Assembly: GCF_001194135.2 (NCBI RefSeq)
Contig: NC_068981.1
Coordinates: 188,756,700-188,820,699, forward strand
Direction: 5' to 3'
DNA: 64,000 nucleotides
DNA from: Octopus bimaculoides
Taxonomy: Eukaryota
Below are positions 63,845 to 64,000 of this stretch, in pieces. The position numbers and the translations under genes are program-made. How positions within the stretch are numbered: position 1 is the first letter of the stretch; every line of letters starts with the position of its first letter. Under the pieces are notes generated by a model. That model was not told the DNA's origin. It made no database searches and saw only the letters and a list, made by a program, of their open reading frames with translations.

Positions 63845-64000
63845 TACATACATATATAAAGTAAAACAGTACTTTTTACAAACATTTTATATAGAGGGTT
63901 TTTGTTATTTCTCTATCTGTGAAGCAATTTCATTTCATTCATAATTTTTTTTCTTTTACATCATTATGCATCTGAATTAATAAAAGTTGATTCCATTGGG

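Overview
AT-rich, repeat-dense animal genomic DNA from a gapped draft assembly (7 N-runs). The repeat content looks like an Octopus-type cephalopod genome; this is recalled from repeat appearance and not verified. No complete protein-coding gene can be supported. The supplied ORFs are microsatellite, gap or repeat artefacts, and only a few short minus-strand candidate exons have good splice signals. The window is a mosaic of at least four SINE families (several with clear TSDs), hAT-, piggyBac- and Tc1-like MITEs, a Helitron-like 3' end, and decayed relics of Ty3/Gypsy pol, an R4/Dong-type RLE LINE, an RTE LINE and Penelope-like elements (PLE; RT and GIY-YIG pieces). The most interesting signal is a set of PLE-type non-autonomous structures. 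One is a tRNA-headed, hammerhead-ribozyme-bearing element inserted as a head-to-head inverted pair with a TSD (26666-27123). A second is a 425-bp insertion with a 13-bp TSD that is almost entirely a 173-bp-stem hairpin (17605-18029). Two further hammerhead-like motifs have unrelated but self-complementary stems (32466, 42468). A 303-bp locally templated inverted insertion (21485-21787) is also clear.
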